This document shows positions 38,956-49,952 of a DNA stretch of 64,000 nt, one piece after another. Origin of the DNA: Octopus vulgaris (lineage: Eukaryota); NCBI GenBank assembly GCA_951406725.2, contig OX597816.1, positions 12,090,001-12,154,000 on the forward strand, read 5' to 3'. Each line of letters begins with the position of its first letter. The first letter of the stretch is position 1. The translations under genes and the position numbers were made by a program. Below the pieces are notes generated by a model. That model saw nothing but the letters and a program-made list of their open reading frames with translations. It was not told the DNA's origin and searched no databases.

Positions 38956-39110
38956 TATAATAGTGATGATAATAACATTGAAAAATACATTAAGAATGAG
39001 AACCCAGGTTCAAAATTTCCCCAAGACACCTGATGAAGGCTGGAGGATATATCAGCTGAAACGTTATGTTGACAATAAACAAGATGAAGACAAATATTCG
39101 TCAAAGTTCT
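38098..39110. mobile_element. Head-to-head pair of family A elements (~1-kb imperfect palindrome), each arm with a Dong-type 3' end in its (AAT)n
   Basis: Central inverted heads 38625-38663/38682-38720; hammerhead tails at ~38177-38223 (-) and ~39025-39070 (+). Confidence 0.85.
38283..38591 (-). pseudogene. R4/Dong-type LINE 3' end
   Basis: VIVGSLRRIKKGTETYLKMIPGLPSLQEVRKIMLTGTTHVSRRALSL* plus UTR. Confidence 0.85.
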
Positions 39111-39206
39111 AAAATTTAGGGAAAATTAATACATCAATGGCTCTTCTACAGCAAGAAATTCTATTCTGGCCCCTACTTTCATACATTAACCTCTCATCTC
39201 TTGCAT

Positions 39207-39452
39207 CAGTAGTTCTTAACCATTTTGTTTTTGCCTTTCAGTCCTGTTTTACTCCTCTGGACCTCTGTAGCCATTTGACATATATAATCAAATTAAATTG
39301 TGTTTTTATAATTAAATATTATTAGTAATTGAACAAAGAGAAAGTAAAATATTTTGTGTATAAGCAATTTATTTCAGGTACATTTTAACAACAAAATCTT
39401 TTATGGACCCCACAACTCCAAGGGCCATTTGGACTCCTGTTAAGAACCACTG
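39207..39452. mobile_element. hAT-like MITE
   Basis: TIRs cagtagttcttaac / gttaagaaccactg; related end ggttgagaacccct at ~35300; no clear 8-bp TSD. Confidence 0.6.
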
Positions 39453-39667
39453 TAGATTCACTCCAATCAAGGGGTTTAACAGAATTACAGACCCCAGATA
39501 AATCAATGCATTAAAGCCTTCTGCATACACAATGGCATTAGAGAACATAGTTATTTAACTTTAAATTTGAAATAATAAGAGTGAAAAATTGAATATTAAT
39601 TTGATTAATATCAATTTAAAACCATTGGCTTAGCATATTGAAAAATCTGAAGATTCAGAAAATTTAC

Positions 39668-39699
<32 letters not shown>

Positions 39700-39847
39700 T
39701 AATATTATAAATTAGGGTATCTACGAGATACCACCATGCTGAAAATAGCAGCCATGAACCGACTCTAAAACCACCTTAAGTTTTCTTATAGCAACATGGA
39801 GAAAAAGACAAAGAGACAAGGTGAAACTAATAAAAAATTACTGGATA

Positions 39848-39906
39848 ATTCTAGATCCCGGATTTCTGACTTTGCATTTAGGAATGCTTTGCCTCGTCAG
39901 TAGAAT
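39848..39906 (-). ncRNA. Type-I hammerhead motif with intact core
   Basis: Minus: attcta CTGACGA ggc aaa gcatt cct aaatgc aaa gtc a GAAA tccggga TC tagaat. Confidence 0.7.
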
Positions 39907-40235
39907 ACACTCAGAAAGAAACATAAATACATATATAAATACAACATTCGTATACTTACATATACGAACGTATACTTACATACATATACACATATGCATC
40001 AAAGCTAGTTCAAAATGCCTGCTAATTCCATGTGCTACATGGTAAAATATCACTGCAGTAAATACAGTGAAGAAATAAATTTAAATTTATATGAATAAGG
40101 ATAAGATCGTTAATTTAAAAATAAAATAACGAACTTATCAAGTGGTCAGCATGGAAACAATAACCTTCAGAGGTAATAATTATTAAAATTATAAGTTGAT
40201 AAGTTTGTTATTTTATTTTAAATTAATGATCTTAT

Positions 40236-40284
<49 letters not shown>

Positions 40285-41026
40285 CACACACATACACACA
40301 CAATACCATTGCTCCTTCCAGTCATGGCTGGGTGTCTTGCATGTCTCTTGGTGGTTCTAACATTGCTGGTGCCACACAAAATGTATCCGGTACATTCTGT
40401 AAATTGGTTGGCATCCAGTCACAGAAACCATTCCAGAGCAAATAATTGGAACCTGGTGTACTTCTCTGGTTTACCAACGCCTGCCAAACTGTCTTACCAC
40501 TGCCAGCATGGAAAATGAACATTAAATGATAATGACCATCACCCCACCACACACAATTTTGGCATCATTAGCAATAACTCTCAAATATTCTATGTGAAAG
40601 CCCTTCTAACCATTTCTAAATTATTATCTACTTATCGTTCCCTTTTAGCCAGCAGTGAAATATGATGTCAGTGTGTGCATGCATACATACATACATGCAT
40701 ATATGTACATGTTTATGAAGGCATACATATAAATGTGTGCACGTATGAGTGTAAGTATGGGAGGAGCGTGGAGTGTAAAATGTCACTCAAATTTTGCTTG
40801 AGTGACAACTACAGATATTTCATTTCCTCCTGGCGTAGAGTGAATATAATTGTATTAGGCCTAATAGTCTTGCACAGAAGAATTTTGGATTTTATCTCAT
40901 CGCATACACAGAGACGTTCCGGTATTCATTCGACAACGAATACTAACTGAGAGTGACACGTGATGCTAGTAGTATATTATTTTTCTTCGATCTGATATGA
41001 TATCACCTCTGAAGAAGAACAACATT

Positions 41027-41065
<39 letters not shown>

Positions 41066-41281
41066 TGAAGAAGAATATGACAAATTGCATTTTTATTCTG
41101 TTTGATAATTGAAAGAGAAATGGTGACAAAACTCAAAGAGAAAGTGAAAGTGAAGAACATCATTGCAGATATTTGCAAATGTTTGAGAAAGAATTACCAT
41201 CCTTAGGATATAATATGGAAATTCTGAATATACAATACTTCATTATTATCATCATTATTATTATTGTCACCATCATCATCA

Positions 41282-41319
<38 letters not shown>

Positions 41320-41510
41320 GCTCTTTGTATGGCTTTCTTTTTTACGGTGGATGCATTGTATTAAATGAGAAACTCTGTAGCTTGCTTCATTTGTATCTAA
41401 AAAACATCTTCCTCGTATAATAATACTATTAATGATAATAACAATAATGATTGTAATCTGTTCATCATAATACCTTATGCGCTAAATACATTATGCAAAA
41501 GTACAAAAGA

Positions 41511-41721
41511 AGGGGTGACAAAAAAATGAAGGAAGGCTCTACTTATGTACACACACACATAAATACATGTGTGTGTGTGTGTGTGTATATATACATATAT
41601 ATATATATATATGCATGCATATATATATTTACATATATATATATATATCTATATATACATATATATACATATACATATATACATATATATATATACATAT
41701 ATATATGTGTATGTATGTATG

Positions 41722-41753
<32 letters not shown>

Positions 41754-41820
41754 ACACACACATGTATTTATATGTGTGTGTGTACATAAGTAGTGCATTC
41801 CTTCAATTTTTGTCACCCCT
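41511..41820. mobile_element. MITE-like element; ~65-bp inverted termini around a (TA)-rich microsatellite
   Basis: aggggtgacaaaaaaatgaaggaaggctctacttatgtacac... / ...gtgtacataagtagtgcattccttcaatttttgtcacccct. Confidence 0.75.
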
Positions 41821-41821
41821 T

Positions 41822-41879
<58 letters not shown>

Positions 41880-41891
<12 letters not shown>

Positions 41892-42256
41892 GGCAGTTTG
41901 TCTGTGTGTGTTTCTGTGTGTCTGTTAGGTTGTACCCTCACCTGACCACGGCTTTCAACTGATTCTGATGAAACTTGACACACACATAGCCCAATGTCAT
42001 AATTCAAAACTAACGCTGTGAAAATTTTGAAAAGTTCCCCCAGTTCTGAAAAAAATCGATAAATTCGACATGGGTTCGAGAATCAGAAACACAAACCACA
42101 AACTGTCTAGGGTCGCAACTCCACCTTTTTAACTCTCAAAAAAATTTACCATAATTTTTTTTTCCATTTTTTTGCTATTTTTTGGCTATAACTCTCTAAA
42201 ATTGCTTTATAGTTATTTCCCTTACAAACCCGAGCAACGCCGGGCGATACTGCTAG
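41880..42256 (+). mobile_element. Non-autonomous Helitron-like element
   Basis: 3' cccgagcaacgccggg hairpin plus CTAG|T; same 3' end as 31032-31419. Confidence 0.8.
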
Positions 42257-42413
42257 TATATATATACATATATATATACATATATATATACATATATATA
42301 TGCATATATATATATATATACATAGATACATACACATATACATATATATTACGTCCAACCCGTGCTAGCACGGAAAACGGACGTTAAACGATGATGATGA
42401 TGATGATGATATA

Positions 42414-42449
<36 letters not shown>

Positions 42450-42451
42450 CA

Positions 42452-42835
42452 GGTGCAGGCATGGCCATGTTGTAAGATGCTTGCTTCCCAGCCACATAGT
42501 TCTGGGTTCAATCCCACTGCATGGCACCTTGGGTAAGTCTCTTCTATAGCCTCAGGCTGACCAAAGCCTTGTAGGTGGATTTGGTAAGTAGAAACTGAAA
42601 GAAGCCTGTTGTGTGTGTGTGTATGTATCTTTGTGTGTGTGTGTATGTATCTTTGTGTGTGTGTTTGTTGCAACCCCACTGCTTGACAACCGCTATTGGT
42701 GTGCTTATGTCCCTGTAACTTAGCAGTTCACCAAAGGAGACTGATAGAACAAGTACTAGGCTTCAAAAATTTAAGGTGGTGCCCCAGCATGGCCACAGTC
42801 AAACCACTGAAACATATAAACGATAAAAAAGATAA
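42452..42835 (+). mobile_element. SINE family 2 copy
   Basis: Homology to 34705-35095. Confidence 0.85.
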
Positions 42836-42836
42836 A

Positions 42837-42883
<47 letters not shown>

Positions 42884-43232
42884 GGAGACTGTTAGAATGA
42901 TGTGGACGCATCTGATGAGAACCCAATAAGGATGGAAAATTGATTAAGGTTCGAAAATCGACTAAGGTTCTTCATCAAATGGCAGTGCATCAGCATGGCT
43001 GCAGCTCTAAGCTGAAACTAGAAAAAAAATAAAAAATAAAATAAAAAAAATTATATTTATCATCAGGGCACACAAGATGCTTACCTGCTAGAAAGCGAAG
43101 TTAAAACCCTCAGTTAAACCACCAATAACACTGAAAAATTCAACGGAAAAACTACCATAAGCAGACAAACAAGTTAAATAGTTTTAATATAGCAAATACA
43201 GTTCAATGTTAAATATTTTAGCATTTGGATAC

Positions 43233-43286
43233 ACTTGGATCATGATTTCTAGTTCTGGCGAAAAGCCTCAACCCTCATCAGCAAGT
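43233..43286 (-). ncRNA. Type-I hammerhead motif with intact core
   Basis: Minus: acttg CTGATGA gggttgaggcttttcgccagaacta GAAA tcatga TC caagt; palindromic stem III ATCATGAT. Confidence 0.7.
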
Positions 43287-43464
43287 TTTGCCAACTGAAA
43301 AATTTTTTTAACTCGACACTTTGAATTCTGCTAATATTCTGAAATGTTTTACACCAAAATCAGAACAGCTTCAGGGGTAAATATTCAGCAGTGAATATTT
43401 ATATGAAATAGAAATATTATTATTTCTAAGTCTCTCTAAAGGAGACTACGGCAGTGGTGCTGGA

Positions 43465-43799
43465 TATTAATAGTTATCGCCAAGCTAATATGGCAGTCCA
43501 TAAATATAGGACGAAAGCTGCCGTTGATTAGCTGCAAGAGGCCATTGCCTCTAGCTAGCTATATGACACACGAACCTGTGTCCATTATAATCTTCTGCAT
43601 TGATAAAGGGCAAATATCCTGAAACATGTCTGCAGATGCCAGACCAGCAAGAGGAAGTGGCTGACCTACCCTGTTCGAAGGTTATAATGGACACAGGTTT
43701 GTGTGTCATATAGAGGTGATGGCTTCTTGGACCTAATCAACGGCAGCTTTCGTCCTATACTTATGGACTGCCATATTAGCTTGGCGATAACTATTAATA
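43465..43799. mobile_element. Fold-back element (~125-bp arms) with a decayed hammerhead in the spacer
   Basis: Inverted arms tattaatagttatcgccaagc...tccattataa; spacer tctgca TTGATAA agggcaaatatcct GAAA catg TC tgcaga (43594-43636). Confidence 0.85.
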
Positions 43800-44293
43800 A
43801 TATTTATATAGATATTATTATTGTTATTATTATGTACGGTAAATATAAATAGTTGATAATAGTAACAACAATAATATAGGTGATTTCAGGCCTTAAATAG
43901 AATTAGATAGCTAAAGATAGTTAATGTCAGTCTATGGGGGTTACCCAGGGTTTCATGTTCATAAAGTGCTTAGCATCACAACGTCTCTTCAGACCCTAAA
44001 GACTGGCCGTGTCCATCTTTATTTAATTACTCTTCTGCTCTATGACTTGGTATGTGCTTTTCTTTCATATTCATGATTTATATATACATATTCTTTTATT
44101 CTTTTATTCTTTTACCTGTTTCAGTCATTTCACTGCGGCCATGTGAGCAAATCAATCCCAGGACTTATTCTTTGCAATCCTAGTACTAATTCCATCGGTC
44201 ACTCTCGCCAAACCATTAAGTTACGGGGATGTAAACACACCAGCATCGGTTGTCAAGTGATGAGAAGCGGGGGACAAATGCAGACGCACATAC

Positions 44294-44324
<31 letters not shown>

Positions 44325-44482
44325 AATTAGAAAAAAGCACCTTTTATCAATTCAAAATGAAAAAATTAAATTACACCATCTAGAAAATTACATATAATAG
44401 AAATTTTAAATATAAGATAAAAAATATACCGATGATTAAGTAATGTGCAAAATAATAAATAAAACGTATATATTTGGTAGAA

Positions 44483-44587
44483 TAACGACACGTGTTTTAT
44501 GGCCTATATTTAAGAAATGATTATAGTAAAAATATTAGTAGTAGTAGTAAAATCACTTCAATATAAATATAACCACTCATCAGGTTA
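44483..44587 (-). ncRNA. Hammerhead motif with long AT-rich stem II; GAAA decayed to AAAA
   Basis: Minus: taac CTGATGA gtggtt...ggccat AAAA cacgtg TC gtta. Confidence 0.55.
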
Positions 44588-44588
44588 A

Positions 44589-44626
<38 letters not shown>

Positions 44627-44831
44627 TTGAAAAAGTCTCAATGACTGAAACTGGTACTAAAATGTTTTTAATAAAATTATTTTAGCATTTTTTACCTTGA
44701 CATTTTTTTGCATACATACATACATATATATATAACGGGAAGGTTTACGAAAATAAACAAAAGACGAAGGCAAGTGGAGTACAAACAAACAAATGTATTA
44801 GCATGGTGCTCAGGAATAGAAATAGAACAAG

Positions 44832-44869
44832 TCTTTTACGTTTCGAGCCTACGCTCTTCGACAGAAAGA
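44832..44869 (-). ncRNA. Variant hammerhead-like motif (CUGUCGA core), family B
   Basis: Minus: tcttt CTGTCGA a gagc gtag gctc GAAAC GTA aaaga. Confidence 0.6.
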
Positions 44870-44991
44870 TACACAGAAAAGAAACAAGGTGAGAAAAAAA
44901 TGCGTGTAGGAGCTAACGGTCCATCATGGCATACATATATATATATATCAAATGAAGGACAGCAGATGGAATATATGAGAATGTATTATTA

Positions 44992-45095
44992 ATCACAACA
45001 ATTATTTCGACACATCTAGCATTGACTCCTCTTGTGAGACACTCAACAACTGGTTCAGGAGTATCTAGTGGAGCAGACGTATCTCGTCGGGTGAT
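44992..45095 (-). ncRNA. Hammerhead motif (CCGACGA core) with extended stem II
   Basis: Minus: atcac CCGACGA gatac...gtgtc GAAA taattg TT gtgat. Confidence 0.55.
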
Positions 45096-45321
45096 GAATA
45101 AATAAAAATACTTGTTAAAATGACTGTTCCATAATGCAGCTTTCCGTTTTGTAGAGAGAAAAACAACCAGATGGAGGAAAATTCTTCATATATATGTATA
45201 GAAAATCCAAAAATAAAATTGCAGAAGACAAAAAGAGAAATGCACACTTAATCCAGCAAGAAAGGTATCTATCTATCTATCTGACTTAACCATCCTCTCA
45301 CACCATTTTCGATGAAGGGAT

Positions 45322-45812
45322 CATCATCATCATCATCATCGTTTAACGTCCGCTTTCCATGCTAGCATGGGTCGGACGGTTCAACTGGGGTCTGGCAAGC
45401 CCGAAGGCTGCACCAGGCCAGTCAGATCTGGCAGTGTTTCTACAGCTGGATGCCCTTCCTAACGCCAACCACTCCGGGAGTGTAGTGGGTGATTTTATGT
45501 GCCACCGACACAGGTGCCAGATGAGGCTGGCAGACGGCCACGCTCGGATGGTGTTTTCGGTGTTTTCTTATGTGCCACCGACACAGGTGCCAGACGAGGC
45601 TGGCGAACGGCCACGATCGGATGGTGTTTGTTATGTGCCCACAGCACGGAGGCCAGTCGATGCAGTACTGGCTACGGTCCCATTCGGATGGTTTTCTTAT
45701 GTGCCACCGACACTGGTACCACAAGGATACAAATTCCATTGATGTTCATCTATTTTGATTTGGTTTGATTTGATTTGATTTGATTTGACTTGATTTGATT
45801 TGATTTGATTTG
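45322..45812 (-). mobile_element. CpG-rich SINE family 3 copy with four internal sub-repeats and (TTTGA)n at its other end
   Basis: Repeated ttatgtgccaccgacacaggtgccaga. Confidence 0.85.
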
Positions 45813-46399
45813 ATATAATAAATAAATATCCTAGAAACAGCTGTAAGACCTTCTATCTATAAATGTTCTAATATCTACACAGCCTTGGATTTTTTATCTC
45901 ATTACGCAATAAATTCTTATATATATATATATTAATAAATATAAGGGTAGCAAAAAATTTAGCGGTTTGAGTTTGGCTGCTCTTTCTAGTGAGTCAAATG
46001 TCCTATTATGGCCATTCCTTATATTGTTGAATATATATATATACACACACACACACATATATATACAAAGATATATATATGTATATATACAGACATAGCT
46101 ATACAAATTTACATCTCTATATACACATACGTACCTATCTACATATAGATACTCACTCACACCCATGCCTTTTTGTATGCAAGTATAAAATTTTTTAATC
46201 TTTCTCTGAAATAATCTTGCGTATAATTCAGGTTCGGTGCCTGAAACAATTACGAAATAAGCCTTTTCCCTCCTTTTGTATAAAGTATTACAGTCATTGC
46301 ATTACACTTCACTGAGACTGACTCGACTAAAATAGCGGCTGAATATAATTACTTTCCTCCCCAGCAATTTCTAATTAATCATCATTTTAGTTTCGTTTC

Positions 46400-46699
46400 A
46401 TACACACACACACACACACATGCATATTTATGTATGTATGTATGCATGTATGTACATATATATGTATGCATGTATGTATGTATGTACATATATATGTGTA
46501 TGTATGTGTGTATGTACATATGTATGTATGTATGTATGTAAATATTCTAAGTATATATGTATGTATGTACATATGCATGCATGTATGTGCATGATGTATG
46601 TATATATGCATGCATGTATGTATGTATGTATGTATGCATGCATGTATGTGCGTGATGTATGTATATATGCATGCATGTATGTATGTATGTATGTATGTA

Positions 46700-46734
<35 letters not shown>

Positions 46735-46779
46735 CGTTTGGGGATTATATATATATATATAAATGTATGTATGTATGTA

Positions 46780-46826
<47 letters not shown>

Positions 46827-46910
46827 ATGCATGTGTGTATGTATGTATGTATGTATGTATGTATGTATGTATGTATGTATGTATGTATGTATGTGTGTAT
46901 GTATGTATTC
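46400..46910. repeat. (ATGT)/(TA)/(TG) compound microsatellite
   Basis: Read directly. Confidence 0.95.
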
Positions 46911-47109
46911 CAGAAGATTTATTATCCTATTTCTAACTTCTGTCAACTTTGCTTTTCTATATGTGTGTGTATGGTCATACTTGCATGTGTGTGTGTAAGT
47001 ATATACATATACATATAAAATTACCATACATTTAAACACAAAAAGAGGCAACCCTTAACAGGCAGTCTTACATACTAGAAGTAGCATGTCTATGTATTCT
47101 GTTTCTGTT

Positions 47110-47327
47110 TTCTGTTTTACTTGTTTCAGTCATTTGACTGCAGCCATGCTGGAGCACCGCCTTTAGTCGAGCAAATCAACCCTGGGACTTATTCTTTGTA
47201 AGCCCAGTACTTATTCTATCGGTCTCTTTTGCCGAATCGCTAAGTGACGGAGACGTAAACACACCAGCATCGGTTGTCAAGCAATGCTAGGGGGACAAAC
47301 ACAGATACACAAACACACACATGCATT

Positions 47328-47390
<63 letters not shown>

Positions 47391-47549
47391 GACAGGCTTC
47401 TTTCAGTTTCTGTCTACCAAATCCAATCACAAGGCATTGGTCGACCCGGGGCTATAGCAGAAGACACTTGCCCAAGATGCCACGCAGTGGGACTGAACCC
47501 GGAACCATGTGGCTGGTTAGCAAGCTACTTACCATACAGCCACTCCTGT
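47110..47549 (-). mobile_element. Full-length SINE family 2 copy
   Basis: Reverse complement of 51518-51930. Confidence 0.9.
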
Positions 47550-48597
47550 ATATATATACACACACACATATACATCTATATATATATATATATATGCATA
47601 CATGTATGTATAGGTATGTGAGTGTATGTGTGCAATAGTGTGTGTGTATGTATTTATATATACATATACACGCATATATATACATTCACATAAAAAAAAA
47701 CCGCAAATAAATTCAGTATTAAAAAAAGAGAATTAAGATCAATATTCCTGAATATTTGCAATTCCAAAACGTACAGAGAAGAGAAGAAAATTATTAAAGC
47801 ATTTGATTAACAGATTTCATTTCATTAAAGAATGAATGCCTCCTAATCAACTACAACACATCTTAAAAGTTTTCTTGTGTAATTCTTTTTCAAAGGAGAT
47901 AAAAATTCGAATGTAGCTACTACTACTGCTACAACTACTGTTACGACAACAATAACAACAACAACTTCTACAGGTTTTCTGATGAAGGTATGATTTCTTA
48001 TAATTTGTTGCTTTTGAATAAAAGAAAATGCTGTTTGTAGTTATCTTACGTAATTCACTTTCCTTTTGTTTTTAAAAGACTTGTTCCAATTAGTGGATTT
48101 CATTTTGCTTTTATCATTTAATTTTTATAAGCAATCAGGGGAGAAGAAAAAGAAGAAATCGGATTTGTGAAAAATTAAGTGGGACTACACCATAGTCATT
48201 AACATATTATAATAATTATTTTTTATTAATTAGAAGGGCGGGAAAACTGGTTGAGCTGTAACGATTATTAGAGGCTATGTGCATTCTAACATTATAACGC
48301 TTACTGTTTCATCTCTTAGTTTCTAAGCTCAGGTTCTAATTAAATCAACTGTTGGCAGTTAATTAACAGTCATCAGTGCATAATACAGAAGCATGCTGTG
48401 TGTTATTTAGCCATGGACCTTTATGTTCTGAGTTCAAATCTTGCCAAGATTAGCTTTGCTGCTATTCTTCTGAGTATTAGCAAAATGGTAAATCAGTCAG
48501 GTAGTGGGAGTCACCAGTATACTTCTCTGTCTATGCTAGTGAAGTGTGATTTGAAGGAAATTTGGTAGCTATTTCAAGCAGGCCAAGCAAACACATA

Positions 48598-48651
48598 CAG
48601 GGGTTGGACAAATTAGTGGAAACACCTTAAAATTTCAAACAAATTTATTTT
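48598..48651 (+). mobile_element. Solo Tc1-like terminus
   Basis: TA-CAGGGGTTGGACAAATTAGTGGAAACACC. Confidence 0.6.
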
Positions 48652-48654
48652 GAT

Positions 48655-48983
48655 ATAATAATAATAATAATAATTGTGTACAGTGCTCAGGTGCACTACA
48701 ACTCATCTAAAGTGTATATATAATCAGGTGTAATTTCGGCGGATTTCGGAAAGCATGAGGGCCTTAAAGGATGCAGTGTCATGGCAGTCAACAACTGACG
48801 CAGGCAGTTTATTCCATGCTTCAGCAACTCTGAGAGTGAAAAAATGACTCCGAAAGTCATGGGAGCTGTGTTGTTTTCTGACTTTGTAGGCATGTCACGT
48901 GTGTTAGACACATGGAGATCAAAAAGGTGTTCAGTGTTGTTGTTGGTGAGGTGGTTGATAACTTTGTGGGTGTTTACCAAGTC
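48655..48983 (-). pseudogene. CR1-clade LINE 3' end with (ATT)n tail
   Basis: DLVNTHKVINHL...SNTR/HAYKVRKQHSSHDFRSHFFTLRVAEAWNKLPASVVDCHDTASFK (one frameshift). Confidence 0.85.
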
Positions 48984-49425
48984 CTACCCAAGTCCTATGG
49001 GTAGGACTGCTGTAGTGTCACTTTGGTGGCATTCACTGCTTTCTCACTCAATAATAAAAATAGAAACAAAAGCAAGAGCAAAACTAATAACAATAATCCT
49101 AATCCTTTCTAGAGGAGGCACAGGACCGAAAGTGATGGGAGAAGGGAGTTAATCAATTGCATCGGTCCCAATATTCAACTGGTACTTATTTCATTGACCC
49201 CTAGAAGAATGATAGGCAAAGTCCACCTCAGCAGAATTTGAACTCACCATGCTGGACAAAATGCTAAATGACATTGCATTCGTATTTATGTTCTAATGAT
49301 TTCACCACTTCTTTACCTTACAACAACAACATTAATAATAATCATTTCTACTATTGGCACAAGGCCTGAAATTTTGGAGGAGGGGCCATCCGATTAGATC
49401 GACCCCAATACACAACTGCCACTTA

Positions 49426-49763
49426 TCGTATTTGATGGCCTATAAGATGCACCTTTTTTACCCAAATATGAATTTAAAAATCCCTGTGTCCAATGCACTC
49501 AATATAGGCTTAAAACTTGCTCAAAATGGTATATATGTTTACAAAACGTCACCTGCCATGTATTGGTGAACAATCGCCTCTGGTATGTTTATATCGAATG
49601 TGGATGCAATAAATTATTTATAATTACCTGTAATAACATAAAGTTATACAGTTTAAGTGGAAGAATTAAAACATTATTTTAGTGGTAATTCATTTTACAA
49701 AAGTATAGCCTAGGCTAGGGTGCGACCTATGACCTTGTGTGAATTATAGGCCATCAACTATGG
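49426..49763. mobile_element. Tc2/pogo-like MITE with TA target duplication, inside a SINE family 1 copy
   Basis: TA|tcgtatttgatggcctataa ... ttataggccatcaactatgg|TA; removing it restores the SINE's actta-atttattgaccc. Confidence 0.8.
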
Positions 49764-49908
49764 TAATTTATTGACCCTGAATGGATGATAGGCAAAGTCC
49801 ACCTCAGCAGAATTTGAACTCACTGTGCTGGACAAAATGCTAAGTGAATTACATTCGTGTTTATGTTCTAATGATTTCACCACTTCTTTACCTTACAACA
49901 ACAACAAC

Positions 49909-49952
<44 letters not shown>

